Shown here piece by piece: positions 39,518 to 49,737 of a stretch of DNA of 64,000 bases. Under the pieces are notes generated by a model. It searched no databases. It was not told where the DNA came from and saw only the letters and a program-made list of their open reading frames with translations. Location: positions 1 to 64,000 of the forward strand of contig CAWBKB010000007.1 of the NCBI GenBank assembly GCA_963789265.1. Direction: 5' to 3'. Position 1 is the first letter of the stretch; each line of letters begins with the position of its first letter. The translations under genes were made by a program, and so were the position numbers. This stretch comes from an uncultured delta proteobacterium. GTDB taxonomy: Bacteria > Desulfobacterota > Desulfomonilia > Desulfomonilales > Desulfomonilaceae.

Positions 39518-40216
39518 TTGGTGTTGCAAAAGGAGATCAGGAGAATGTCCTCAAACAAAACCAGCTCTTTTAATCTGGGGAGCCTCAAGACTACAGCCAT
39601 GTTGTTGGCAATTTTGATTGTCGTCGGCCTGGCCCCGCGTTCTTCTTCAGCAAAGACAGATTTTCTCCCGCCTGAAATTAGGGACTTGGAGTTGGGAATA
39701 ACGTTGTCTCAGGTGATTGATAGAATCAAGGATTCCGGCACGCATTCGATGATCCCCATCGCCAAAGGGATGAGGAAGAAACTTATCTGGCCTCTGGCGA
39801 ACAGCTTGTATTACAAGCGAGTGGAGTTCGAATTTACCGAAAAGGATCACCTGTACTTGATGCGTTTCGTCCTCAATGATGAACTGAGGTGGAATTTGAC
39901 GTCACTGAAGAAACAATTCTTCGACAGGTACCACATTTCATGGGAGCACCCCGGCAGATTTCGGGCAAAGAACAATGACGTGATCGTTTATGTACCTGCT
40001 GAAGGGAAGTACAATTTTTTCGAGCTGAGAAATGTCGCCACGGGGGAGAATTCCTTCGAACTTTTCAATCAATTCATCAGCGCGCAGGACCGCCGACACG
40101 TTAAGGCCAAGGTTAGCGCCCCGAATCAGGTGGGAACGGCGACAACTGCCGCTCCTGTAAAAGGAAATGTTCCCAATTCGAAAGTGGAGAAGGAGCCCAA
40201 GCCACAAGGGAAATAA
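39518..40216 (+). CDS. Hypothetical exported protein
   Basis: Signal-like hydrophobic segment; start may be ATG 39545. Confidence 0.65.
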   Translation: MVLQKEIRRMSSNKTSSFNLGSLKTTAMLLAILIVVGLAPRSSSAKTDFLPPEIRDLELGITLSQVIDRIKDSGTHSMIPIAKGMRKKLIWPLANSLYYKRVEFEFTEKDHLYLMRFVLNDELRWNLTSLKKQFFDRYHISWEHPGRFRAKNNDVIVYVPAEGKYNFFELRNVATGENSFELFNQFISAQDRRHVKAKVSAPNQVGTATTAAPVKGNVPNSKVEKEPKPQGK

Positions 40217-40417
40217 TGAGACCCCTTCTTCATATTGAAAGTTTTGAAAGAAAACCGTAGGGCTCTTTTCGGCTCCCACGCGGAAGGATGCCAAACTATT
40301 CCTGGTTCCCAGGCGGATCCTGGGAACGAGAGAAGTTCTGAGAGAAATTCTCAGAGCTTCTTTTCAGCTTCCATGCGAAACCACGCCAAACTGATCCGGC
40401 CAAATCGCTACGGGAGT

Positions 40418-42445
40418 TCATCTTCTCGGCTGCGTACCGGGTTCAGACTCGATAATACTCAGCCTCGCATTTAGCCTTCGCAGATTTTCCCAGGCATCTT
40501 TCAAATCGGGCTGAATCTCCAGCGCTTTATGGAAATGTTTTGCCGCTTCGTCAAACGCGCCGACATTCATGTAAATTGCGCCAATAGCATTGTGGGCCAG
40601 TGCCAAGCCAGGGTCGATTTCGATTGCTTTGCTGAGATGTTCCAGAGAAGCACCAGGCCGCCCTGCCGCCAACAAGGCGAAACCAAGATTTGCATGCGAT
40701 TTGGCCGACCGCGGATCTATTTGCACGGCCTTCTGGAAATCCTGTATCGCTTGCTCGATCTTTCCCAATTTCATGTACGCTGCGCCCCGATTCATGTACG
40801 GTTTGGATTGTGCCGGTTCAATAGCGATTGCCCGGCCGAACAACTTTAACGCCTCTTCGTAATTTCCGAGGCCGAGAAAGGCGTTTCCGAGATTGTTGTA
40901 GGGATCCGCGAAGTTGGGCTTAATTCTCATTGCTTTGCGAAATGACCGCATTCCTTCCTGCGTCTTGCCCATCCGCATCAAATTTTCACCAAGATTGTTG
41001 TAAGCATAGGCATTGTCAGGTTTAAGCTCTATAGATTTTGACAGGTGAACCATTGCATCCTGAAGCTGGCCCGCCAACATCAACTCAGTCCCTAGACCAA
41101 ACTGTACCGCATAGGAAACCGGATTCTTTTTGAAATTGTCTTGCCATAGAATCATGGGGCTCTCCCAGATTTTCACTTGTTGCCAGGTTTGGAGAACGAT
41201 AAACACGAAATAACACGATGCGGCAGCAATCGACATCTTTCCAATCGGCCTTTGTGCTAGACCGATCAAGTAAGCTACCGGAAGTGCAAGAAGAAAAGAA
41301 GCGCCAATCATGGAAATATACATGAAGTGATTCGCAACAAATGAGTGTTGCTGGTAACCGAAGGAAACGATTCCAATTGCGGGGGCTAGCGGAACAAGAA
41401 GATTTACCAAACCCCATATTGCGTATTTGTTCAAATGACCGCGAAACTTGAAGAGCAATGCTGCACAACCGAACAAAGCTATCAAAGGGATCCACCACCA
41501 GAAGTTGGATGGATCCACATGCCACCGCGGATAAATAAAAGTCATGCCGATCGGCAGCAAAGTTTCCCAAATATAAAACCAAACGGCAGAAGCTGCTATA
41601 AGCACTCGATGCAACAAAACGAAGCCGGCAAGGGATGCCCCTTCTGACTTGATGGACAGGACAGAGAAACCCAATGATATCAAAAAGAATGGAAGCACGG
41701 CAATCAACTTTGCCAACCAGAGCCTGCCATCGACCTCTTCACGGATATGTCGTTCTCCGACCGGCGACTCCATCGGTGCAAAAGAAGAGCACTCTCCAAC
41801 TTGGCGCGGGCTGCGTGTAGGAAATACTCGCAGGTAATCGCTGAGCAAGAGAACCACCGGCAAGACGCACACCGTTGGTTTGGTAAGAAGCCCTGCTGTG
41901 AAAGCGACAAGCGAAATTTCGTAGTGGAGCCAGCGACTCTCCCTCCTAAATCTGATGTATGAGATATAAGCGACCAGATAAAACGTTAACGACATCACGG
42001 TCTTCCGCTCGGCAAACCACAGAACCGACGAAACCTGAATGGGATGAATCAAGAAAAATAATACGGTCATGAGAGTGAGCACGAAATCAATTTCCAGACT
42101 ATCGAGTAAAAAGTAGATCAATATGCCGTTCAAGCAATGAATAATCAAATTCATGAATAGCGTGAAGCGAGGCGCCGATACATCCGAACCGATAAGCCAT
42201 TTGTCCGCCATAAGGCTTATCGACCCAAGCGGCGCATAATAGCCGGGGACAACCTTGCCGGCAAAGTCTAATAATAGAAGGCGTGAAGTTTCAAAAAAGT
42301 TCTTACTGTCCAACACTTTGGAATAGCTGAGCGCATCCAGACCGCTAAAGGAGTTCCCCAGCTTGGGAATGTAGATTAGACAGGTCAATGCCATCGCAAG
42401 TGCGAGCAGCATTAGTTGAGTTCGCTTCGGGATTTTCATCAACAT
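40418..42445 (-). CDS. TMTC-like GT-C membrane protein with C-terminal TPRs
   Basis: YYAPL, HPIQVSSVLWFAERK, LTKP and ANHFMY motifs; repeated AYNNLG-type TPRs. Confidence 0.85.
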   Translation of the reverse strand: MLMKIPKRTQLMLLALAMALTCLIYIPKLGNSFSGLDALSYSKVLDSKNFFETSRLLLLDFAGKVVPGYYAPLGSISLMADKWLIGSDVSAPRFTLFMNLIIHCLNGILIYFLLDSLEIDFVLTLMTVLFFLIHPIQVSSVLWFAERKTVMSLTFYLVAYISYIRFRRESRWLHYEISLVAFTAGLLTKPTVCVLPVVLLLSDYLRVFPTRSPRQVGECSSFAPMESPVGERHIREEVDGRLWLAKLIAVLPFFLISLGFSVLSIKSEGASLAGFVLLHRVLIAASAVWFYIWETLLPIGMTFIYPRWHVDPSNFWWWIPLIALFGCAALLFKFRGHLNKYAIWGLVNLLVPLAPAIGIVSFGYQQHSFVANHFMYISMIGASFLLALPVAYLIGLAQRPIGKMSIAAASCYFVFIVLQTWQQVKIWESPMILWQDNFKKNPVSYAVQFGLGTELMLAGQLQDAMVHLSKSIELKPDNAYAYNNLGENLMRMGKTQEGMRSFRKAMRIKPNFADPYNNLGNAFLGLGNYEEALKLFGRAIAIEPAQSKPYMNRGAAYMKLGKIEQAIQDFQKAVQIDPRSAKSHANLGFALLAAGRPGASLEHLSKAIEIDPGLALAHNAIGAIYMNVGAFDEAAKHFHKALEIQPDLKDAWENLRRLNARLSIIESEPGTQPRR

Positions 42446-42477
42446 TCTCCTGGGAACAAGCCGATCCTTACATATAT

Positions 42478-44622
42478 TCAGTAGCCGCGATATTCGTTTT
42501 CGAGCGCGGCTTGGATCTTGGCCGCTTGCTGTCTCAACCTGCCGTAAGTCTGCGCATTATGTCCGGAATGACATCTTATATCATCGCCTTCCAGAAGGCC
42601 TGCCACTAACATCATGCTCCTGACTACGGTCGTCGCGCCTGCCGGAACCATGTAATCCATTTCCGTTAGATGGCTGAGCTCAGAAGTCAGAAATGACCTT
42701 GCTTCCCAACTGAGGCAAGGAGATTTACCATTGAGAGCGAGTGTAATGAGGCTGTAGAGGCTGGGATCGGGATGGCGTCGCACATAGTTTTGCAATCGGA
42801 TCAACAATTCAGGAGACACGGTTCCGGAAAAGAATTGTGACATCACCGCCTCACTTACCAATCGTTTGTCATCCGACCGATACTGTAACCCTTTCAGACT
42901 CAGGGATCGGAACATCGGACCGAATCTTTCAGAATTCGATCTTGTAAGTAGCAGGAATTCTGCGTCCTTGTAAATGCAGGCCCATTGCCTTGTCTCCATG
43001 AGCCGCGTGGCCAGGTCAAAATCGGCGGCATTGGTTGCGAGCAAAGCGTACGAGACCTGATGACTGTCAAGAATCTCGAGTGTCCCAGGTATGTCCTGGG
43101 GCCTGGAATGCATGATTGAGAAGTAAGAAGCAATAACCCGGTCGGAATAGAAGCTCTGGTCCCTCGCGTCCATAAAGACCTTCATTTCAGGATCGTTGAA
43201 CAACAAGAACGCAGCCGCGGTCCAGCTACTCAAGATCCTTCCTCGGATGCCGTTATCCTTCATGAACCGAGCCACTCCCATGTCGTAGGCATCGAAGCTC
43301 ATTAACTGGCTTACCACAGGTCTGTCGGGACGCATGGGATTGGAAGGCATGTAAGGAACAACTGTCTTGGCCAAAAATTGATCCCCCAGAAAAAACAAAC
43401 ATCCAGTCACCAACCCGGCCGCGATGAACTGATATGTATGTGCTCTGTCTGAGCCGCCCTTGTCCCCTGGCATCTTTGCCAGAGCGTCCAGATGCACCTG
43501 TATAAGTACTGCAACCGAGGGCACGAGGGCCGGGGCGGCAAAGAGAATCATCCGGCGGAACCTGAAGGCCATGATCAGCAACGTCAAAGGAACGAGGAAT
43601 TCCATCAAAGTTCCGGAGAGCAGCTTGCCTGCGAGTCGCCTGACCAGAGTTTCACGGGCTCCTCGGAATGTTAACACGGCCGCCGCCAGAACCGCGCTGA
43701 ACGCTAACAGAAAGAGGAAGGGCTTGACGTCCAGAGGTTGGAGAAAGCCGTGAAGCCAGAGTTGATTCCAATTCAGCAATGGCATCCAGTCGACCGATTG
43801 GCTGGTCATCCTGCTCGCGGACAACTGGTGAAAAGGCATCATGATATTGGCCGGGCCGTAAGGATTAACAAATGCCATGATGGGAACGGCCAGAAGAAAT
43901 GTAGTTACCCAGCCACTCACATCACCCTTATCGGTGTATTCGACTAAAGAGGCCGGCATACCGGAGTGATTCTCGGACGACAGCGCCAGGTTCTTATTCG
44001 GCCCAGAGATCCATCTAAGAGTTAAGTAAGCCGGCAATTTGCTCTTGAACAAAAGCTCCACCAGGAGGCGAAGTCCCAGGAGCGCAAAACCCAGCATGAA
44101 TGACCCGTGGGAATTACACCAGAGCGCCAGGATAACCAGACAACCAATCTGCCTCCACCTGCCCCATGTAATCGGCGCACACAAAGTCGCTACAATGGCC
44201 AGAAAGTAGAGAAGTCCAAAATCCTCCGCGCGAATTTCGAGAAAAGGAGCCAAGGCCAGGGTGCCAAGAACTAATGCCGCCAGAGACGATTCCAAACCAG
44301 CGCCCAGGCTGCGGCATCGGAAGTAGAGGATTACCAGGCAAAGTGTCAACAGCAGCGCTTTAAGCAGTACCGGTCCAAGGTCGTGCAGCCCCAAATACGA
44401 CAGGTAGTAAATCAGGTGCGCTAACCAGGACTGATCCACCCAGATCTTGCCGGGCATGGTGAAAGACCACTGATCGGGTTTTGCCAGGAGACCCGCCATG
44501 GTGGCTCGCCCGGAACATAGCGCCACGAAAAGGTCCTCGTTAAGAAAACGCATTCCGAGAGCGATGAGGAACGAAAGCCCCAGACACGAAATAAGTGAGG
44601 TTCGAATCCAGAATCGCACCAA
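42478..44622 (-). CDS. Putative GT-C-fold polytopic membrane glycosyltransferase (no TPR)
   Basis: NEDLF after TM1, WVDQSWL, LWCNSHGSF, VNPYG and VFMDAR motifs. Confidence 0.7.
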   Translation of the reverse strand: MVRFWIRTSLISCLGLSFLIALGMRFLNEDLFVALCSGRATMAGLLAKPDQWSFTMPGKIWVDQSWLAHLIYYLSYLGLHDLGPVLLKALLLTLCLVILYFRCRSLGAGLESSLAALVLGTLALAPFLEIRAEDFGLLYFLAIVATLCAPITWGRWRQIGCLVILALWCNSHGSFMLGFALLGLRLLVELLFKSKLPAYLTLRWISGPNKNLALSSENHSGMPASLVEYTDKGDVSGWVTTFLLAVPIMAFVNPYGPANIMMPFHQLSASRMTSQSVDWMPLLNWNQLWLHGFLQPLDVKPFLFLLAFSAVLAAAVLTFRGARETLVRRLAGKLLSGTLMEFLVPLTLLIMAFRFRRMILFAAPALVPSVAVLIQVHLDALAKMPGDKGGSDRAHTYQFIAAGLVTGCLFFLGDQFLAKTVVPYMPSNPMRPDRPVVSQLMSFDAYDMGVARFMKDNGIRGRILSSWTAAAFLLFNDPEMKVFMDARDQSFYSDRVIASYFSIMHSRPQDIPGTLEILDSHQVSYALLATNAADFDLATRLMETRQWACIYKDAEFLLLTRSNSERFGPMFRSLSLKGLQYRSDDKRLVSEAVMSQFFSGTVSPELLIRLQNYVRRHPDPSLYSLITLALNGKSPCLSWEARSFLTSELSHLTEMDYMVPAGATTVVRSMMLVAGLLEGDDIRCHSGHNAQTYGRLRQQAAKIQAALENEYRGY

Positions 44623-44715
44623 TTAATTGCCCTGTGGATTTGCCAGGCGTGTGTTTTTTCACACCGCCGGGAATGAACCTGAGTTGGCTCTTTCACGCGC
44701 TCCTGACGGATTGGT

Positions 44716-44893
44716 TCACCGCGGAGATCGCTGAGAACGCAGAGAATTTGGCTACGGGTCTATCCACTGAAGCTCCTCGAAGCTCTGTTTGCAATAGTGA
44801 GGGCAATTTCAGCCTGACCGTGCGCATACAGCGCTTGCATGACCGTGAATGAGCTATCCTTTTTCTCTGCGATCTCGGCGCTCTCTGCGGTGA
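44716..44893. repeat. Inverted repeat pair of the ACCGCAGAG...GCAGAG family; half-sites also near 50695 and 51125
   Basis: tcaccgcggagatcgctgagaacgcagagaa ... ttctctgcgatctcggcgctctctgcggtga. Confidence 0.7.
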
Positions 44894-44936
44894 GTCTTGA
44901 TCGCTCGTTAAAAGCAGACAGGCATCTAACGGTCAC

Positions 44937-46571
44937 TCACTTTTTAGCGTGATTCATCTTCTCGCGTATGGCTTCTTGCAGTTCCTCCGGCCGACAATCC
45001 GCGCCGTACAATCGGGCTTCGCGGCAATGTTCCAAGGCTTTCTTGTAGGAGGCTTGAAAAAAGCGAATTTTGGCCAATGCCAGGTGCGGCTCACCGAACC
45101 GAGGGTTTTTTTGAATGCATTTTTTAAAATACTCTACGGCAGCATCCAGCCGGCCTTGCTTCATCATAATGATGCCTAAATTGTTGTACGCTTGGTAAAG
45201 GTTTTCATCCACAGCCACAGCTTTTCGGTATTCGGTAGCAGCCTCCGAAATTCGTCCCTTGTCGTCAAGATAATGAGCGTAATTGTAATGGGCTGTGACA
45301 CTAGCCGGATACTGGGCTATGACATTTCTCCACAGAGTTTCTCCGTTATCCCAAACCGGCATTAAGCGGATGGTAATTATACTCAGCACAAAAACAGAGA
45401 TCGCTGTGAAGACGGCCCTAGCACAAACGGCGTTTTGCGTCTTCCATCGGCTGATGAGATTATCGGCCACCAGCACTGCCGACAACGAGGCGCCGACAAT
45501 GGCCAAATACTGGTAGTGGTCGGCCACCCAGAGTTCATTCATGCCCACAAAAGGAACGATACCCGATGACGGAATCAAATTCAAAACGTAAAAGCTGACC
45601 CCCCATAGAATGCCCCAAAGCGGAACCAGACGATGCATGGCCAACAAAAGAATCCCCACTATGACCAAGACCCCTGCTGGAATCCACAAAAGAATGGGTG
45701 CGGGGTGAATCCCCGGGGGCGGATAAATGAGACTTAGGCCGGAGGGGAAAATAAATTTCCCCAATAAAAAGCATGTCTTAAACGGGAAGAGCAGAAGTCT
45801 GTCCCACAGCGGCGGCGCATTCACGACCGCACCTTCTGTGTTGGTTCCCAGGACTGTCCACAAAATGCCGATGACAAGGACTGGCGTTGCCCTCCACAGT
45901 GAGCGAATCGTCGGTTTCCTGTCGTACAAGAACAGGTCCGTCATCATCATGCACGGGCCGAAAACGACTGCTGACGGTTTAGAAAGGAGGCTCAGACAAT
46001 ACGTGACTACCGCTCCCCAATATAAGCCCTTTCTTTCCGTCTGTCGGTATCGGGAATAACAGAGAAGCCCTATCAAGAAAAAAAAGCCCATGAGCAGATT
46101 CTTGCGCTCCGGGATCCATGCCACCGTGCTCACCTGCAACGGGTGGATCGCGAAAAGCGCGGCCACAGTGAACGAAACCCACAGGCTGAACCCAAAGCTC
46201 CTTATGAGCCACAGTACCAGGATTGAATTAATAATATGGAACGCTAGACTAGTGCTCTTAAGGACCGTATCACTCCTTCCAATAGCTTTCCCCAGCCAGA
46301 GATCCGCCATAATGCTCACAGCCGGCAGAGGAGCATAATAGCCTACTTGTCTGGAACGGGCCTCGCCCCATGTGAGGTCCCAGGTGAATATTCTCTTTAA
46401 GGTTTGTAAACTGGGGTTCTTTACCGCCTGTACCCATAAGACATCGTCATAGTTGGCAATTTCCTGGTATGGCGCCCTGTGATAGACAGCTAGATTAAGG
46501 ATCACGAGCGATAAGATCGCAATTAGGGTCAGTTTTTGAGGGGAAATGGAATTTCGTTGCTTGTAGTCCAT
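44937..46571 (-). CDS. TMTC-like GT-C membrane protein with TPRs
   Basis: NYDD, YYAPL, HPLQVSTVAWIPERK, LSKP and ADHYQYL motifs; TPRs. Confidence 0.85.
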   Translation of the reverse strand: MDYKQRNSISPQKLTLIAILSLVILNLAVYHRAPYQEIANYDDVLWVQAVKNPSLQTLKRIFTWDLTWGEARSRQVGYYAPLPAVSIMADLWLGKAIGRSDTVLKSTSLAFHIINSILVLWLIRSFGFSLWVSFTVAALFAIHPLQVSTVAWIPERKNLLMGFFFLIGLLCYSRYRQTERKGLYWGAVVTYCLSLLSKPSAVVFGPCMMMTDLFLYDRKPTIRSLWRATPVLVIGILWTVLGTNTEGAVVNAPPLWDRLLLFPFKTCFLLGKFIFPSGLSLIYPPPGIHPAPILLWIPAGVLVIVGILLLAMHRLVPLWGILWGVSFYVLNLIPSSGIVPFVGMNELWVADHYQYLAIVGASLSAVLVADNLISRWKTQNAVCARAVFTAISVFVLSIITIRLMPVWDNGETLWRNVIAQYPASVTAHYNYAHYLDDKGRISEAATEYRKAVAVDENLYQAYNNLGIIMMKQGRLDAAVEYFKKCIQKNPRFGEPHLALAKIRFFQASYKKALEHCREARLYGADCRPEELQEAIREKMNHAKK

Positions 46572-46672
46572 GAAAATGCCCAGCCGTCCGGATTGGTTCG
46601 AAAGAGATCTATTCGAACTGGAGCCATTTGCTCGTTTCCACGAAAAGTAGAGGGCTTACGAGCGGCGAAAGA

Positions 46673-46866
46673 TTGTCATTGCGAGCGCCTCGTCCCGCGA
46701 GACGAAGCAATCTCTTCCTCTGAACGCCGCTTAGATTGCCGGTGGAACGGGCATCTTGCCGGTCGTCCATAATAGACAGGCAGTCCCGCGAGGCATGGGA
46801 CTGTCCCACTATTCACTCCTCGCAATGACATGGACAGAAGGTCCCCACCGTAAGTAAATAGGCACA
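46673..46866. repeat. Composite REP cluster (GTCATTGCGAG family with nested ACAGGCA family); degenerate TIR at right
   Basis: gtcattgcgag...gcaatc, gattgcc[ggtggaacgggcatcttgcc...ctgtcccact]...ctcgcaatgac, cgtaagtaaatagg. Confidence 0.6.
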
Positions 46867-46872
46867 TCTTCG

Positions 46873-49191
46873 CTACTTTCCGGGAATTCTTTTCAAGGTG
46901 TCAGCAGAACACGGGATTCCCAATCTGCTATTTTTGGAGCAGAATTTCTCAGCCTCTTCGTAGAGCTTCAAATCGATCAGAGCGTTCGCCAGATTTTCCA
47001 CAACGCCGTGGAAAACCGGCTGAATCTTATATGCTGTCCGAAACTGGGCCAGAGCCCGGCTGTAGTTACCCTTTGCCGCGTAGGCAGCACCCAGGATATT
47101 ATATGCGTTGGCGTCGCCCACCAGGCTCACAGCAGTTTCTAGAAGCGGGATTGCAGCATCGGGTAGGCCCCTTGATAGGAGAATGGCCCCTTTCTGGATG
47201 TATGGTTCGGGCCAGAAAGGTTCGAGTTGGATAGCTCGTGTATATTCAGCCAAGGCATCATCTTTTTTGCCCTGGTAATAGCGAAGCAGACCCAGTTGCC
47301 CGTGAAGCTTCCCCGAGCCCGGGTTGCTCATTATCGATTTTTTCAGGAACCGGATGGCTTGATCCTGTTTTCCCTCTTTCCACAGGATTTCCGAAAACAT
47401 GATTCGGGCGTCATCGTACGCCGGATTGATCTGAAACGCCTTTTCATACATTTTCTTTGCGTTTGGCTCATCACCGATCAACCGATACACTTCCCCCAGG
47501 TTAAAATATGGGATATCCATGTTCGGCGACAGTTCCGAGGCTTTTCGGAACAGACCGAGGGCTCTGTCGTATTCTCCCCTCGAAATAAGAAGATTTCCGA
47601 GATTGTTATTGGCAGCGAATGAATTCGGGTTATCCTTCAATGTTGCCTCCCACAGGGAAAGCGGATCTCGCCATAGCCAGGTCTGGCGCACCGATGCAAC
47701 ACCCAGCGCCGCGACCCACAGGTAGAGAGCAACCATAAGCAATTTTCCGGAAGTGGAATCAGCACCCAGCTTGTAGAACAGTTGCGAGAGGAGACGCGCA
47801 ATAATCAGTGCCACTCCAACCATCGATAAGTACAAGAAATGGTCTGCCACAAAGGAATGGTTCATATAACCAAATGGAATCATGCCCGAGACCAGAACAA
47901 GATTAAACACGAAGAAAAGCATGCCCCATAAGATCCATTTGTCGATGCGTTTTCGAAAATAGATGACCAGGACCGCCACAGCGATGGCTGCTGCCAAGAG
48001 AAAGGAAAACCAGGGGATGTGCGCCGCCACATCCCATTTGGGATAGATAGGAAAAAGTTTTAGAGGAAGCAAGATCTTGCTGATGTAGAACCAGAAAGCA
48101 CCTGCCGAGATAAGGGGTCGATAGGGCCACGCGGGGAGAATTCCGCTATAAGTTTTTTCGGTGCCGATGACGTAAGCGCCCCAGGCTAATGCCATCACAA
48201 AGAGTGCAACTAAGAGACCGATCACTCTTCTCCGCTTGAATTGATCGTACCCAAAGACAACAAGCAACGCAGCCAACACCACCGGTAGAGTTACAGCGGA
48301 AGGTTTGGACAGCAGGCCTGCAGCAAAACAGACGATCACGCCCAAGAGATATCGTGACGGTTTATCCGTAGAGGCAGCGGGTCCTCCAGGGGCATCAAAG
48401 TCCCCCTTTTCTAAAGGGGGATTTAGGGGGATTTTCAAGGGGTTATCCCAAAATCCCCCCTGTCCCCCCTTTACGAAAGGGGGGGACCCAGTATTCCGCC
48501 GGGTTAAGTTGGTCTGTGCGACGTTTGACACAGGATCGTCCGCGGTGCATGTTTGAAACTCCGCCGGCAGGGACGCCGACTCTACTGGGCTAATGGTAGG
48601 ACCGGCCTCCGTGCCGGTCGACTTACAATTGGCCTGCGTGCCGGTCGAATCAGAGAGATATTTCAGAAACAGCATGACGGACGCCAGGTAGAATAGAGTC
48701 GCCAGGAGGTTCTTCCGCTCCGCGACCCACGCGACCGTCCCCACCTGAACCGGATGAAGCGCAAAGATCAGAGCCCCTATGAATGCAGGTCTCCTGCCTG
48801 TCCCGACCATGAGCAATAGTAGGAGTACCAGCACTGAGTTAGCTATGTGGTAGACGACATTCATAAGCTTGGAGACCCCTGGACTCGGCTGGTCCGGCGA
48901 GGTCGAGAAGAGCTGGTCCGCCATGAGGCTCAGACTTTGAAGCGGGTTGTAGTAAACTTCTCCCGTGTACTGAAGCTTGAAGTCCGTGACAATTCTCCAA
49001 GCTCGCTGCCACCCGGGTTTCCAAACCGCAGCAACGAATTTTTCGTCGTCCCAACCTGAGAAGTGCTGGTTGATCACCGGCACGTACGTGGCGGCAGTAA
49101 TGATAATAAGGAGTATTATAGCGACCGTGCGCTCAGACTTCGCAGATCGGTCATGCGAGAGATTTGTCGAGGTTGAAAAGCTGGATGAGAT
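46873..49191 (-). CDS. TMTC-like GT-C membrane protein with TPRs, in-frame REP-derived insert and probable non-canonical start
   Basis: GWDD, YYNPL, HPVQVGTVAWVAERK, LSKP and ADHFLYL motifs. The frame is open upstream of 49083 through TM1 to ATC 49191, which follows AAGGAGG. Confidence 0.85.
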   Translation of the reverse strand: MSSSFSTSTNLSHDRSAKSERTVAIILLIIITAATYVPVINQHFSGWDDEKFVAAVWKPGWQRAWRIVTDFKLQYTGEVYYNPLQSLSLMADQLFSTSPDQPSPGVSKLMNVVYHIANSVLVLLLLLMVGTGRRPAFIGALIFALHPVQVGTVAWVAERKNLLATLFYLASVMLFLKYLSDSTGTQANCKSTGTEAGPTISPVESASLPAEFQTCTADDPVSNVAQTNLTRRNTGSPPFVKGGQGGFWDNPLKIPLNPPLEKGDFDAPGGPAASTDKPSRYLLGVIVCFAAGLLSKPSAVTLPVVLAALLVVFGYDQFKRRRVIGLLVALFVMALAWGAYVIGTEKTYSGILPAWPYRPLISAGAFWFYISKILLPLKLFPIYPKWDVAAHIPWFSFLLAAAIAVAVLVIYFRKRIDKWILWGMLFFVFNLVLVSGMIPFGYMNHSFVADHFLYLSMVGVALIIARLLSQLFYKLGADSTSGKLLMVALYLWVAALGVASVRQTWLWRDPLSLWEATLKDNPNSFAANNNLGNLLISRGEYDRALGLFRKASELSPNMDIPYFNLGEVYRLIGDEPNAKKMYEKAFQINPAYDDARIMFSEILWKEGKQDQAIRFLKKSIMSNPGSGKLHGQLGLLRYYQGKKDDALAEYTRAIQLEPFWPEPYIQKGAILLSRGLPDAAIPLLETAVSLVGDANAYNILGAAYAAKGNYSRALAQFRTAYKIQPVFHGVVENLANALIDLKLYEEAEKFCSKNSRLGIPCSADTLKRIPGK

Positions 49192-49287
49192 CGTGGGCCT
49201 CCTTTGAATGATATTTCTGGGCTAATTCTTAGGTTCCACGGATCGGTGGGACGGGCATCCTGCCCGTCTCAGGATGACAGGCAGGAT

Positions 49288-49498
49288 GAAACTGTCTCAA
49301 AACCTCCTGAACAGGACAACATCGTAACACGAAATCCCCTCACCCTGTCCCTCTCCCGAAGGGCGAGGGGACTCCAATAGCCTCTTTGGTACAGCTCCCT
49401 CTCCCTCTGGGAGAGGGTTGGGGTGAGGGCAACAACTATACGAATGAGACCTAATCGTGGCACGATGTTGGGCATCAAGATAGTTTTGAGACAGTTTC
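49288..49498. mobile_element. 211-bp MITE with perfect 16-bp TIRs and 4-bp TSD, inserted in a REP
   Basis: GAAACTGTCTCAAAAC...GTTTTGAGACAGTTTC flanked by GGAT/GGAT. Confidence 0.85.
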
Positions 49499-49672
49499 GG
49501 ATGCCCGTCTCACTGAATTTTCACGTCTCCATATCCCAACTGCTCATTCCCGGTTTCCGCCATTGCCTATGGTAGTTCTTGTATAACTCTTTACCGCAAA
49601 AACTAGAAGAGCGAGAGAGAGAACCTTGTTTCAGCCCTTCCTCTCGCACTTTCCATGTACCTCGCATAACAT

Positions 49673-49705
49673 AAAAAACTTCGGGGCGTTTGATAACGCC
49701 CCGAA
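49673..49705 (-). terminator. Rho-independent terminator of the pilin gene
   Basis: TTCGGGGCGTT-ATCA-AACGCCCCGAA followed by GTTTTTT on the minus strand. Confidence 0.8.
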
Positions 49706-49737
49706 CGCGAAAGAAACAGATTCACGCAGTTTGTGCG

